A DNA stretch of 63,822 bases, filler included, from Octopus bimaculoides (lineage: Eukaryota): the NCBI RefSeq assembly GCF_001194135.2. It is 5 parts of 5 records of this genome, joined end to end, with 100 filler letters (N's around TTAATTAATTAA, not from the genome) between each part and the next. Parts side by side here need not be neighbours in the genome. Positions count along the whole stretch, not along the records: positions 38,484 to 61,418 come from NC_068981.1; 4 more parts are not named here. One strand, 5' to 3'. How positions within the stretch are numbered: position 1 is the stretch's first letter; each line of letters starts with the position of its first letter. The notes beneath the pieces were generated by a model, which saw only the letters and a program-made list of their open reading frames with translations, had not been told where the DNA came from and ran no database searches. Shown here in pieces: positions 39,963 to 54,395 of the stretch. The position numbers and the translations under genes are program-made.

Positions 39963-41149
39963 GTGTCTATATATCTGCCTACCTTAGTGTGAATGCATAC
40001 ATACATACATACATACATACATACATACATACATAAATACATACGTATATCACACATGTATATACGTATGTATGTACATATGTATGTATGCAAGTATGTA
40101 GGTATGTGTGTATTTCTACTTATCGAAATTCCGCATCCCTCGTTCATATCTGTCGTTCATTTTCTTTTTTCCCACTACCTACGTGTGTGTATACACATGC
40201 ATAATACAAATACAATAATAGACATTTAGACAGATATATATATNNNNNNNNNNNNNNNNNNNNNNNNNNNNNNNNNNNNNNNNNNNNNNNNNNNNNNNNN
40301 NNNNNNNNNNNNNNNNNNNNNNNNNNNNNNNNNNNNNNNNNNNNNNNNNNNNNNNNNNNNNNNNNNNNNNNNNNNNNNNNNNNNNNNNNNNNNNNNNNNN
40401 NNNNNNNNNNNNNNNNNNNNNNNNNNNNNNNNNNNNNNNNNNNNNNNNNNNNNNNNNNNNNNNNNNNNNNNNNNNNNNNNNNNNNNNNNNNNNNNNNNNN
40501 NNNNNNNNNNNNNNNNNNNNNNNNNNNNNNNNNNNNNNNNNNNNNNNNNNNNNNNNNNNNNNNNNNNNNNNNNNNNNNNNNNNNNNNNNNNNNNNNNNNN
40601 NNNNNNNNNNNNNNNNNNNNNNNNNNNNNNNNNNNNNNNNNNNNNNNNNNNNNNNNNNNNNNNNNNNNNNNNNNNNNNNNNNNNNNNNNNNNNNNNNNNN
40701 NNNNNNNNNNNNNNNNNNNNNNNNNNNNNNNNNNNNNNNNNNNNNNNNNNNNNNNNNNNNNNNNNNNNNNNNNNTATATATATACACATGTATATATATG
40801 CATATGTGCATATACATATACCTGCATATATACGATTATGTATATGTATATAGAAGTATATATATGTATATATATACATATGAATTTATAAATATATATT
40901 CAGGAATATAAATATACATGTATATAAATATATACATGCATACAAGTATACATGCATATATATTCATGAATATATGCATACACACATATATATATATATA
41001 TGTCTATATATTTATATATACGTGTATATACATATATATATGTGTGTATATATATATATGCATATATATGTATATATACATCTATATATATACATATATG
41101 CATATATATATATATATATATATGTAAATATACATACATNNNNNNNNNN

Positions 41150-41191
<42 letters not shown>

Positions 41192-42344
41192 AAGCATATA
41201 CGTGAAATTTTAGCATAGAGATAGACCACCAGACATATAAATTCTAACATCATTCTACATAAACTAAAATGAGAATAATTCATTAATTATCGAAGTATCA
41301 GTAACAAATTACGATAAAACTGTACGAAGTTCAAATGAAAATCTAAGAAAATATACTGCTTTATAAACTTCATGAGAGTTAAATAGAATGTTTAGCGCCA
41401 GATAGTCACAACCATGTCTGCGAAAACATTTATATATTACCAATTGAAAAACACATAAAGAGCTCCTATAAAATGGCAGTACTGGAATTTGCAAATATTT
41501 TAATCAAATTCTCCTACAGCATTTGTTAACTTGTAACTTATTTTTAAAATTTTGAATGCACGAAATCGACGACGCAGCTAATATTTGTTTCCAGAAAAGA
41601 TTGATGCCGCATTTGTCAAATCATAAACATTGCCCAGAATTCTTGACTATGAGTTTTCTGTTGTTAGATCAGCTCTGTTCACGTGCAAGAAGCTGAGTAT
41701 TCTAAAATCGCATGTAGTAATAACAACCTGCAGAGAGAATCCGCGTGACGCAATGCGAGAACGCTGGAGATTTTGAATTAATGTTACAGTTCATCCAAGG
41801 GACTTCTACCGTTTACGTCCAATTTCATTCAGAAGGTTTGAGGCGACCTAAGTCTAGTGAGTGATTCCGAGTTGGGAGTGAAAGGAAAGGTTGTCTTTGG
41901 CGAGAATTCAATTAAGAATGAAGAGATTCGAAAGAAACATTACACTAACGATTTAAGTCGCTATCAGAGGAAATTCACTTTAAATTTGCCCAGCCATACA
42001 ATTTCAATTGTTTCTAGAAAAATCAGAGTGCCGGACAAAAACTATCAGTGGAGTATGGTATCGAGGAAAACTGTCTTCTCAAAATTACTAGCGTTGTGTC
42101 TAAATCAAATACAATAATTATTAATGGACCGATTCAAGGCATGTGAGACGACCCAACATGTTATACAGTGTGTTCGAACGTCTGACCAGAGGTTTCGAAA
42201 CGAACTTCTTAACCATCAAGTCACACTGCAAACCATGAATGATAATTGCTTCAAATTTTGATAGAAAGCAAACAATTTTAGGGGACGCACAAGTTGAATA
42301 CATCAACCCCACTACCTGACTTGCAGTTTACGTTATTTGATTGT

Positions 42345-42790
42345 CAGTTATTTGACCGTAACTTGTCGAACATGTCCCTCAGTGGCTGGCAACATGTACA
42401 TCTCTGATCACGAGCAGACGTAGTGGGGGAGCACCATAGCCACGTGTTGCGAGGAATTCTTTGGGGCTTGGATAATTCACCTTTGGAAATATGGGTGTTT
42501 TGTTCAACATCCTTAAACAACCCTTATCCAGGGACCTTTTGGGCGGGATGGGCCACTCGACCTGAACAAAATCCTAACTGGGCCCCACCTGCAAGGTCAT
42601 GAGCTGGTTATCTTGATATGAGATCACTCTGTCGCGCATTTATGCATGTGCCTGGTGTACCCTTATCAGACGCGTAGTCATGATGGTTATACTTGGCTTC
42701 GTATATTTTACCCCAGTGTCCATTTGAGGGCATGCACTGCTCTCTCACTCAATAATAATAATGATAATAATAATAATAATAATAATAATA

Positions 42791-42842
<52 letters not shown>
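42345..42842 (+). mobile_element. GC-richer interspersed repeat ending in a long (TAA)n tail, probable retroposon 3' portion
   Basis: Abrupt composition change ending ...CTCTCTCACTC(AAT)n at 42730-42842. Family not determinable from the window. Confidence 0.55.
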
Positions 42843-42844
<2 letters not shown>

Positions 42845-42847
42845 TAT

Positions 42848-43060
42848 AGAGGAATATAAAGGAAATGGGAATAGTGCCCAGTGGAACTGTTACAAAAGGT
42901 TCGTCTCCCTGACATGGCCAGAATAATCAGGAAAGGATTAGATAGTTGAAAAGAACAGATAGCATGGTACTGTAGGCTGCAGGCAGCAAGCCCGCTACGC
43001 GTGTATGACTCTTCGGGTTCCAACAAAACTTGTGATAAAAAGAAATGATAATAATAATAA
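42848..43060 (+). mobile_element. Short 5'-truncated copy of the RLE retroposon at 322-693
   Basis: Aligns with 477-690 (for example GAACTGTTACAAAAGGTT and GGCTGCAGGCAGCAAGCCCGCTAC); flanked by TAA repeats. Confidence 0.85.
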
Positions 43061-43274
43061 TCCTTTCTACTAAAGCACAAGGCCTGAAATATCGTAGGAG
43101 GTGATTAGTCGATTACATCGACCCCAATGTTTCATTGATACTTGATTCATCGACCTCGAAAAGATGACAGGCAAAGTCAACCTCAGCGGAATTTGAACTC
43201 AGAACGTAGCGACGGGCGAAATGCTGCTGAGCATTTTGCCCAGCGTATTAACGATTCTGCCAGCTCTCCGCTTT
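43061..43274 (-). mobile_element. tRNA-derived SINE, family A
   Basis: Reverse-complement match; flanked by (TAA)n on both sides. Confidence 0.85.
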
Positions 43275-43822
43275 AATAACATAAATAATAATAATAACAA
43301 CAACAACAAAAACAAAATCTTAGAAACCAAAAGGTAAGAAAAATGTGGCCAATAAGACCCCAAACTATCGATTTCAAAACAACAATTTAATTCGAGTTAA
43401 TATAGTTAGTTAAAGGAGAAATCACTAAAAATCTAACTGGAAATAATTAGCTCGTAGAGGAGATCATAATATGATTAGAACATCGATTGAGTTGCCTCCC
43501 CAGTATGCTTCAAAAACAAATAATAAATAAGATTAGCCTCTGACAAAAATTGTCTTTTTTCCTTCACATAATTAGCTCTAGTTATCTTTCGAATGTACCA
43601 TGCCTTAAATATGTTAACACTTACTAACCTCATAGATAAAATGATAATTGGAGACGCAACATATAACGGAAACGATAAATATTGAAGCTACTTCTTAACA
43701 GGGTAAGACTGTGAACAGAAGGGCGCCAGCAGCAATATATCAAAATGCGCAAATCAACACACGAATAGCGTGTGCATGTGCAAATATGTTAGTGCATGCG
43801 AGTGTAATTGTGTATGAGAGAC

Positions 43823-43864
<42 letters not shown>

Positions 43865-43877
43865 CACACATATATAT

Positions 43878-43922
<45 letters not shown>

Positions 43923-44987
43923 TATTGAGAAAGAGAGAGAGAGATAAAGAGTGAAAGAGATAGAGTCAGAGTGTATCTTAACACTAACCCCTACCCTATA
44001 ATCGCATATATGCTTACATATGTAGTCATGTAAGTACATGTGAGGTTTTATTTCGTATTTTCCATTTCTTTTCTTTTTCACTTTTACTTTCAATTCGCAG
44101 TCGTTCTCCACATGCTGGTCTACACATAAATGCTCCATGCACAACACAGAGCCTCATAACTTGTCGGCAATCTTATAGAATGTCAAAATTAACAGCAGAG
44201 CCTCAGCATCAACATTACTACTAATAACAATAACAACCACAACAGCGAAAGCATCAACATCATGAATAAATTTAATAGATTCCATGTAAACAGTGTTTAA
44301 GGATTAACCAGACATTATCACAACATGGTATTTTCTTTTATACACACACACATACACACGCACATATATATGTATATATATGTATGTATGAATAGATAAT
44401 TATGTTATATATATATATGTATTTATTTATACTCACAAGTACTTAGATGTATGTTTGTATTTATGCCTAGAGGGAGGGGAGGAATGGAGCATGTGACGTC
44501 AAGATAGTAGAGACTTTATTAGTCACATGGAGAGAACTGGAGAACGCGATGACGCGAGAGTTATGGAAACAAGGAGAAGAAGATAGAAAGAGGGAAAGAT
44601 AAGGAGGAAGAAAGGAAGAAATGAAGAAAGCCAGTGGAAATGGGATGAAAAGTACGAAGGGGATTGAAGTAATAATTCGAAGAGGAAGGTGAGAAGGAGA
44701 AGGGTACAGGAACGTATGTTCAGCAATATGCAAAACATTAGAGAGAGTGAGACACAGAGAAGGAGAGTGTGTGAGAGAGTGAGGGAGAGAGAGAGAGAAA
44801 GAGTTGGAGGAGAAAGAGAGGGAAACGAGTGAGAGAGGGTTAGTGTTCGTTAAGACAGAATGAAAGGAGCAAGTTTAAGATTGATCGCAGGAAGGAAAAG
44901 ATACCGACGCGAATATCATATAAGTGGCGAAGAAGCAACGAACTACCAATGAGAGATAGAGATAGATGGAGAGATAAATAGATATAT

Positions 44988-45066
<79 letters not shown>

Positions 45067-45472
45067 TGGAGGGATAAAAACGGTGGGTTGGGGAAATTGA
45101 GAAAAGAGAGAGAAGCCGCAATTGAAAATGATACTTTAGAAAGGCATAAAAATGGAGACGAGGAATAGACGACGTAAAAGGATTAAGAATGCTAGAAGTA
45201 ACAGCCAAAATAAAGTGCTGTCGATATGTTTATTTTCAACATTTAGCTAGTTGCCAAGGCAGAGAATTATGAGTGTGCAGTATCAAATGCGGTAAAGAAT
45301 TTCTTCTGGCTCTTTACGTACTAAGTTCAAATTTCGCTAAGATTAACTTTAGCTTTGTTCTGGTATTTTGCGTTCTGAAAGCAACGCCCACCATGGCACT
45401 TGTGCCAAGTTGAATCGACAGTCTTTCCCTTAGATAACGTGAAGAGAAGAGACTTGCAAGTCAAGGAAAATA

Positions 45473-45700
45473 TTGGGTTGTCCGGAAAGTTCGTGCCGAT
45501 TTATAGTAGCTTACCTTTCGACTTATTTGCCATGAAACCACCTCAATTCTGAGAAGAGGGTATTTTCAAGTTAAAGGAAACATGGAGACGCATTGTGCAA
45601 CAAAATGGTTCATATTTGGTTGATTAAAAATGTAATGACAAGTATTTATTGACTTTTTTTCTTTCCTTTAAAATCGGCACGAACTTTCCAGACAACCCAA
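45473..45700 (+). mobile_element. Internally deleted mariner (228 bp)
   Basis: 30-bp TIRs with 1 mismatch and TA on both sides. The internal GIFKLKETWRRIVQQNGSYLVD* matches a mariner transposase C-terminus. Confidence 0.9.
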
Positions 45701-46175
45701 TAAATAAAGACTGATTGTAAGAAACCTTGCCTAAGCCTGCACACGCAGATGCTGGTAAGTGAATAACCTTGACTGACAGAGGTCTCTGCAGGCTCTGTAT
45801 AGACTTCTGTCATTCCAAATCCTGCTGCCTGCATTTTTGCCGTTCATGCTACCAGATTCAATAAAATATCTGATAAAATAAAAATACTGAGAGGCAATAT
45901 AACTGACTATCCTCTTTTTGTAGAATGTCTTTTTTTTTTGTTTCTTTTCCTTTCTCCTTTTTTTTTTCTGTTTTTTTTTAGAGAATAGATACTTGACGGT
46001 TAAAAGAATAATACAAAACAATATAGAGTGAAAAGGACGAAACAGACGAGAGGGAATGAATGCTATCCACAACGCAATCAATAATATTACAACATATTAA
46101 TGTGAGGGGTTTGAAGTGGAGTTTGCAAAAAGGATGCGCATATGATTTTCCATGTATGTATGGATATGTGTGTGC

Positions 46176-46292
<117 letters not shown>

Positions 46293-47107
46293 TGTGTGTG
46301 TGTGTGTGTGTGTGCGCATGCGTCCGAGTGCACGCGCATACATGTATACATATACAAATATAGACATACACACATGCACATATATATATATGATGAGAAA
46401 TACAGAGATAAGTGGAAGGATGATGACGATGAAGTATATATGAAAGATACATTGAGTGGGATCCCTCATAGAAAAAAGTGGAAAGGAAAAATATCAATGC
46501 AAAAAAAAACTAAAATTACTTGTAGGGATATTTAAAATCTACAAACAAGAAACAAGGGGGTTAATTTTAATTATTTCATTCAACCGGATTTAGTCGGGGG
46601 TGAAGACGACCCAGTTAGAAATGGTGCTTCACATGAAAACAAAACGATGAAAGTATCGGTGAATTGGCGGAGTCATTAGAGCATCTAAGAAATTGATTTG
46701 TAATAATTGTTCAGAGATAGTGCAGATCTCAAATCCCAGAATCAAGGTAATAATAGAAGTTATCTTTCTACTTCCTCACCAGTTCTTATTTAAATAATTC
46801 CATTTTTTTTATCTTTCAATGTTAATATTAACTCAAGTTTTCCCTCTGCCTCACCTTTATCCGCCAGTATTCCAGTTTTTATATACCTACGCTTCTTCCG
46901 ATTTCACTCTCCTAATGCTCTCGGTCCACTTGTCCACGTATGTACACACACGGTGTCTTGCGTTTCCCATTATCTGCAGCCAGTTACTGAAATATAGATA
47001 TTTTATATCTCCAACTCCACACACTGATATCTTAACAATGAAAAAAAAAAAGACCTTCCTCGAAACGGTAGATAGTTCACTCACCACGTCAAACAGTAAT
47101 TTCGTTG

Positions 47108-47155
<48 letters not shown>

Positions 47156-47959
47156 AACCGACTGAAAATGTACAGCAAAATTGCTGTCTCTCGGGGAATG
47201 AAGCATTAATTACCACATAAACACACACAAACATAACGTGTATATACATATAAAAATATAGGCTAGTGCGGTTGTGTGTGTACACACAGCCAGCGAGAGT
47301 TAGAGACATAGATAGATAGACTTGTATCTTAATTATAATGATGCAAACATCGTAAACTTAGTTACAATAGAATAATAATATGTGAGTTTATAATTCTTTC
47401 TCTGTGGACGTCTAACTTAACAGAAAATATATTGCAGCATATTAAACTCATAAATAATTCTATTTATGACTGTTTTTCTTACTTATTAACTCGCCACGCC
47501 ATAAGAATTTCTGTCTATATTTACATAACATTTCTGATGTCTTTTTTAATTACATTCATATCATATAACATTTAACAAAATCGTGGTGGTAACTCGGCAA
47601 ATAACTTTTCAATTACGAAACCATTTGTCTTTCATTTCTACTAGAATAACCTCCGTGTAATTAAGAAATAAATTAATCTGCTGTTAATGTATAAGCATAG
47701 TAGGACAGTTTCCTGTAATTAGAGGGTTATCTGTTTCTTCCTCTCTTTTACAGAGAAATAAAAACAGCACTAACAATACTAATCCAATTTCTTTTACACC
47801 ACACTTGAAAGAAATCTCCGGAGGAAACTATTAAATGCAGATTATGAATTTCTTCCAGATTGTATAACAAATACAGTCTTTTTTATACAAGTTATATGCA
47901 CGGCAGATGTCTAGATAGAAAAATAGTTCTTTTTGACTAGGTCCAATTTGTTGGCATTA

Positions 47960-48265
47960 GAATAGTCGGCATTCCGTCGGTCACAACGATAAATGTTCCA
48001 GTTAATCCGATCAACGGAACAGCCTGCTTGTGAAATTAACTTGCAATTGGCTGGGCGCTCCACAGATACATAAACCCTTAACGAAGCACTCAGGGAGATT
48101 CAGAGTGTATGACAAGGCTGGCCATTTGAAATAAAAGTAGTGTTCATTTTTGCCAGCTGGGTAGTCTAGAGCAACGTGAAATGAAGTAGTTTGCTGAGAG
48201 ACACAACGCGCCGTCCTGAATCGAACTTACAACATTACGGCTGTGAGCCGAACACCCGTAACACA
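47960..48265 (-). mobile_element. tRNA-derived SINE, family C (diverged)
   Basis: Aligns with 58141-58460. Confidence 0.75.
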
Positions 48266-49769
48266 ATGTTTCCTGATTATAGAATCTGTTTATTTGTATG
48301 TATGCAACGAAATGTCCTGATTAAAATTAAGATATTATAGCCACACTTCAACGGAGAATTTCACTATTTGACGTTCTCTTCTACAAACACCATGATTATT
48401 TATGCTTAGAATCATGCCCTACAATTCTAAAATTATCGTTTATGTGATGCATATTTTTTCATTTCCTTGCTCTTGTAAAGAGTGTTGTAGATTTGTTTGT
48501 TCATTTATTTATTTTTTTCGAAATATTTGTTTGTCAGCTGTAATGACAACACAGAAAGAAGTAATACCTCGATATGTTGAAAAAAAAAATATATATACAT
48601 GCTTTCTATTCTCTATTCATACAATCCATCTACTTACCTTATGCCCTCGCAGTCGCTATTGATTTTCCTTCTCGCCTTTCTCCTTTTCCACATAAAAGTG
48701 GACCCTTGAATCCATTGATAAAGGCAAAGTCCAGTGCTAAAAAGAGACCAAAACAGACTGGAAATGAGAGAGGAATGGAGACAGACTATGAAAGAAGGTA
48801 GAGAGAGAGAGAGATCGTAAGAATGTTCTTCCAAGCTAGAAGATTTGAAGTTATTAAACTGATATTTTCATATCTACAACTTCAACCAATTAAAGCACCC
48901 TGTTTCAATCGTAGAACATACCTTTGCCCAAATTTAGAGAGAGGAAAAACTGTTTCTCGACTTTTCTCTTTTAAAAATATATAAGAAAAGTTTTTATTAT
49001 TGCTGAATGATAAGTATCAGATGCTCGGTGAAAGGATAATGTTTGCTTTCAGTAGACGGTCCTGAAATCCCACATTTCTTCACCAAATACTCAAACAACG
49101 ATACTTTTTGTCTTGAATTAATTAAACATTGCAGAAAGTATTGTAGAAAGACAACCAATTAATTATTGAACAACAACGAGAGAATATCTATACAAAACGT
49201 CGGCTACAAAATTGTTTTATAATTCTTCATTTGTCTGATACGGATTTTATATCAGTTATGAGATTGCTCTCAGGTTTGAAACGACAGCCCCATACATAAT
49301 GCAGTCAACTTTGTACGAGATTTAGTAAACTAAGCTTTTCTTAAAAATATAATCACAATTACCAGTATTTTTAATTAAATATAATTAATTTGGGTTTAAT
49401 GAATCTCAATTATATTTAATGTATTCACAATCTCATGCAGTGTTTACAAAACACTATGGCAATATTCAGAACTACAGTGTTCAATGTCATGAAAATATAT
49501 TAGAAGCTTTACAGAAATGGTATTCATATCACATGCAGGAACCAGCATCTATTTCACTAGCATAAAAAAGAAACAGATGTCCTATCAGTGACATTCTTAG
49601 TTTGAAATATTAGAGAATATTTTTTGTATTAAATCTGACTAAAGGAAGGTTTTAAAATGTTTCAGTATACTAAGTAGCATAATATAGAAAAAACCGCTCC
49701 GATACACATAATATATAACTTGATAATAGGGACGAACTTAGAACCCTTGAATTAAGGTCGTTGCTACTG

Positions 49770-50640
49770 CTAGGATTTTATTACGTTATGCTTGGAGAAC
49801 TTTCATCACCCGATGAAAGTTCTCCAGGCGGTACCATTTTGAGCCAAACTGTACACTTCTCAAGTGATATTGATCTCGGTCAAGTCTTCTCGAATAATTC
49901 TTTACTACATGTTCACCTGCCTGGCTTTCTCGTCTTCTTTCAACTGTCCGCTTGACACGTGCCCTCACCAGTCTCTTCAATGGTAAGCGCAATATCAGTT
50001 TACTTCGTCTATCGTTGAAAATATTTTGCACTTTTTACTTGGGCCAACTCTTCTCCTGATTTTGTCGTTTGTGATGTGGTCACAGCAGGTGACCTCATTT
50101 CTGAGGCACTGGTTATGAAAAACAATCTCTAAATTGCAAATTCTGTCTGTCAGAATTTCAATGCTGTAGGAATGAAATTAGATGCATATAGTCAAAGTTT
50201 AATCCTTTGATGAATGAAAGAGCATTAACCATAAAAGTCTCACATACTGGAAAACTGTCACCACTTTCACAAGTCTAGTATTCACATCAATTTCTGCTTT
50301 TTCCATTTCTGCTTTTCCATTTCTGCCAATGTTATTAACTTTGTATATAAAAGAATCGACAAATTTAATATTTTGTCCACCAAACTTGATGGATTTTGGT
50401 GAATCTTGGCAACTGATATGTGCCAATGTTGGGAGGTGATCTTACAAGACTTGTCATCTCTTGCATGATTTCAGGGGTAGAAAGATGTCTGCAAAATCAA
50501 GATCCATCAGTCTACTGTGTCCAGCCAATACTAAAGTGACCAGGTTAATCATGCACTGCGTCATAATTAAGTCGACTACTAACAGAGCAAAAAACAGTGA
50601 CAGAATAAACCCTTGAGAATGCACCGGCGAGACGCGATGG
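49770..50640 (-). mobile_element. Degenerate RTE-type LINE reverse transcriptase C-terminal half
   Basis: QGFILSLFFALLVVDLIMTQ...LMDLDFADIFL (QG and FADD-like motifs), then IKFGGQNIKFVDSFIY...EIDVNTRLVK; heavily frameshifted. Confidence 0.7.
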
Positions 50641-51687
50641 GCATTTCGTAGGTGCTTGGAACAGCTATTTAAATGTAAAACGAACCAGAAATTACACACT
50701 CAAGCTAAATTTTCGTTTATGTTTTATTTAAGTTGTAATTGCTATAAGGCAAAGTATTTGACCTCGAATGTGCAATCATGTCATGACAAGGTATATTCAA
50801 AAGCTTGAAAGGAAAACTTTAATTCTATTAAAGTATTCTAACTAATATGGGTTTTTAATAAAAGTTGTGTAGTATGTAAATGCTTATTTTTTAATCAGGC
50901 CATCAACTAATTCACCTAATATGAGAAATAATCTACCCATTGCAACTAAATTTTATTTGATGTTTGATTAAAAAGAAATTTGCTATATATTTCTTTCGTG
51001 GCTAAATGTAAGAGGGCATACATGACCTTCGATGAACGGTGGACAAATATGATACTTGTCAAGATAAATTCATTAAAATTCTGTAGGAGAATGACAATAC
51101 ATATCCACAGCTGCTCAAAGCCTCGCTGCAAATAATGTTTTTTTTTAAAAGCTATTACTTTGGTAAACAATAAGATGTTTTTACTTCTCTAAATCTTACG
51201 GTTCGTTTTTAAAAAAAATATATTTTCGTTTTTTCTTGTCGTGTGTCCTGAATATCATGCACTGCCTCTACAATAAACAAAACACCATACTCCTCGCTAC
51301 AAAACAACACCGTTACTATCATCGCCAAATAACGTCACCCTTAACATTAATATATAACGCCGCCTTCATCAGCTTTTACAAGTTATCCAGAAGACTAAGC
51401 AATCATTTCGGTGAATTAGTTTAGGATTTCTTTCTGACATTGTTTATCAAAGTTTACCGACCTTCGACATCAACAAGCGTACACCCTCGTGCGATAATGC
51501 ATACACACAGAGAAACACATAAACACACTCGCATACTATATATACAATACATACATATAAAATGTAAATTCCTGTATGTATTATATATATGTTCACACCC
51601 ATACACGTACATATATATATAAATATATTTTGGTCTCATAAAGTATCTGGTTTGAATCTCTCTTTATCGCTCTCTTTTTCTTCTCTT

Positions 51688-51720
<33 letters not shown>

Positions 51721-52512
51721 ANNNNNNNNNNNNNNNNNNNNNNNNNNNNNNNNNNNNNNNNNNNNNNNNNNNNNNNNNNNNNNNNNNNNNNNNNNNNNNN
51801 NNNNNNNNNNNNNNNNNNNNNNNNNNNNNNNNNNNNNNNNNNNNNNNNNNNNNNNNNNNNNNNNNNNNNNNNNNNNNNNNNNNNNNNNNNNNNNNNNNNN
51901 NNNNNNNNNNNNNNNNNNNNNNNNNNNNNNNNNNNNNNNNNNNNNNNNNNNNNNNNNNNNNNNNNNNNNNNNNNNNNNNNNNNNNNNNNNNNNNNNNNNN
52001 NNNNNNNNNNNNNNNNNNNNNNNNNNNNNNNNNNNNNNNNNNNNNNNNNNNNNNNNNNNNNNNNNNNNNNNNNNNNNNNNNNNNNNNNNNNNNNNNNNNN
52101 NNNNNNNNNNNNNNNNNNNNNNNNNNNNNNNNNNNNNNNNNNNNNNNNNNNNNNNNNNNNNNNNNNNNNNNNNNNNNNNNNNNNNNNNNNNNNNNNNNNN
52201 NNNNNNNNNNNNNNNNNNNNNNNNNNNNNNNNNNNNNNNNNNNNNNNNNNNNNNNNNNNNNNNNNNNNNNNNNNNNNNNNNNNNNNNNNNNNNNNNNNNN
52301 NNNNNNNNNNNNNNNNNNNNNNNNNNNNNNNNNNNNNNNNNNNNNNNNNNNNNNNNNNNNNNNNNNNNNNNNNNNNNNNNNNNNNNNNNNNNNNNNNNNN
52401 NNNNNNNNNNNNNNNNNNNNNNNNNNNNNNNNNNNNNNNNNNNNNNNNNNNNNNNNNNNNNNNNNNNNNNNNNNNNNNNNNNNNNNNNNNNNNNNNNNNN
52501 NNNNNNNATATA

Positions 52513-52544
<32 letters not shown>

Positions 52545-52559
52545 GGAGAATTTACGAAA

Positions 52560-52645
52560 AAAACAACAGACGAGGACAGGTGGTGTAAACAACAAATGGA
52601 TGTATTAGTTTAACGCTCGGGAATAGAGAAAGTCTTTAACGTTTG
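52560..52645 (-). mobile_element. Third partial copy of the 9430 repeat family
   Basis: GTATTAGTTTAACGCTCGGGAA...GAAAGTC. Confidence 0.5.
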
Positions 52646-53872
52646 CACACACATTTATTTATGTATGTATGTATGAGTGTGTGTGTAAAACGTGAGAGAG
52701 AAAGACAGAAAAACAAATAGAAATAGATGCGTGCTTACATGCTTACGTACAGGAATACACATACAAAAGCTCGTGTATTATATATGCATGTGTTTGCATG
52801 CCTGTGTACTTTTGTTTTCTATAACGCCACATGTAAGCTTAGATGTGTATAATGTTTTAGTGGGTTTGGAACATTTTTTTAAAGTTGATAAACGAAGACT
52901 GTAAAATATGGCTTTAATCGTACACCGACGCTTATAAACATTCCACTATGGACCATCACTATCATAGCCATCACTAATAATCGCATTCACCAACAACATC
53001 ACCATCTTCATAACCATCTCTACTCCCACCATCCCATAAAATACCCAAAGCAACTAAACACCACCCTTAGCTTCCACCAGTGTCTAGCTCCTGCCGATCC
53101 GCCTTTCATTTCATCTCACATGGAAAACAGTGTTCTTCAGCTTGGCTGGTAAAACATTTGATAAATTCAATAGCAAGTCCAGATAAAACCTGAATAAGTG
53201 TGAAGAAAAAACACTGAGGGCTGCTCGGGAGCGAATATGTTAGATAAATTGGAATCCAAATGAATTTTAACCGGAAAAACAGCTGTAACTTGGAAATTAC
53301 ACTTGAATAAATTCAGTCTCAATTCTGTAGTCGCTAAAGAAGAAATATCATCTAAAGAAAATAATGGGAAAAAAAGTAGTACTAAGAACGTATAAACAGA
53401 ATGTAAGAACATCATGTAAATCGCACACACAAAGTATTATATTTATGTGTTACACAAATTTACATATACATACGCACGCAAAAACAAATATGAGTGTGAA
53501 GAGAGTGGAAAAAAGAAACAAACAAATATAAATAGCAATTTATAAATACGGTATTTCATTTCAATGGTATTGTGACTATGAATGTATGTGTTAGCAGGTG
53601 TATCCGAAAGTGTGCATTTGAGTATTGCAGATGACCGAATTAGTTCAACAAAAGCTTTCCTATCATATTTCAAGACACAAAACCCTGGTTTGGCATATAG
53701 CAATTCACAAGAAGTAGGTAGAATGTCTTACGGCTCCAGCAACGGCAGCACTGTAAACTTAATGGAAATTCCCTGTTATCCTACATTGATTAAATATCGA
53801 AGAAGAAAGAGCTCCTATATTTTCAAGGCCTAAAATATTCACCAGGTTCAATTTAGACTTGTACTGGTTTTA

Positions 53873-54302
53873 AAGTTTGGCACAAGACCAGAAAATTTGG
53901 AGGAGCGAATAAGTCGATTAGATCGACACTCGTGCTTAACTGGCTCTTAATTTATCGAACCCGAAAGGATGAAAGTCGACCTCAGGACTTATTCTTTGTA
54001 AGCCTAGTTGCCGAACTGCTAAGTTACGAGGACGTAAACACACCAGCATCGATTGGCAAGTGATGTTGGGGGAACAAACACAGACACACAAACATATACA
54101 CACACACACACATACATAGGTATATATATANNNNNNNNNNATATATACGACAGGCTTCTTTCAGTTTCTGTCTACCAAATCCACTCACAAGGTGTTGGTC
54201 GGCCCGAGGCTATAGTAGAAGACACTTGCCCAAGGTACCACGCAGTGGGACTGAACCCGGAACCATGTGGTTTGTAAGCAAGCTACTTATCACATAGCCA
54301 CT
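53873..54302 (-). mobile_element. Chimeric SINE: family B head, body and tail joined to a family A 3' half
   Basis: 53985-54302 matches family B and 53873-53985 matches the family A 3' half. Confidence 0.7.
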
Positions 54303-54395
54303 ATAAACAAATTGCAAAGTTCACAGAAGAAACAACTTTTTGAATGATTTCTGACTTAGTTACATGACTAATACATCTGAAGAGATGGGCTAGTC

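Noticed and set aside
53582-53833. 83-aa ORF and other short unique-sequence ORFs (5950-6250, 11300-11480, 41640-42117)
   Set aside because: No recognisable domain or convincing paired splice sites; expected by chance.
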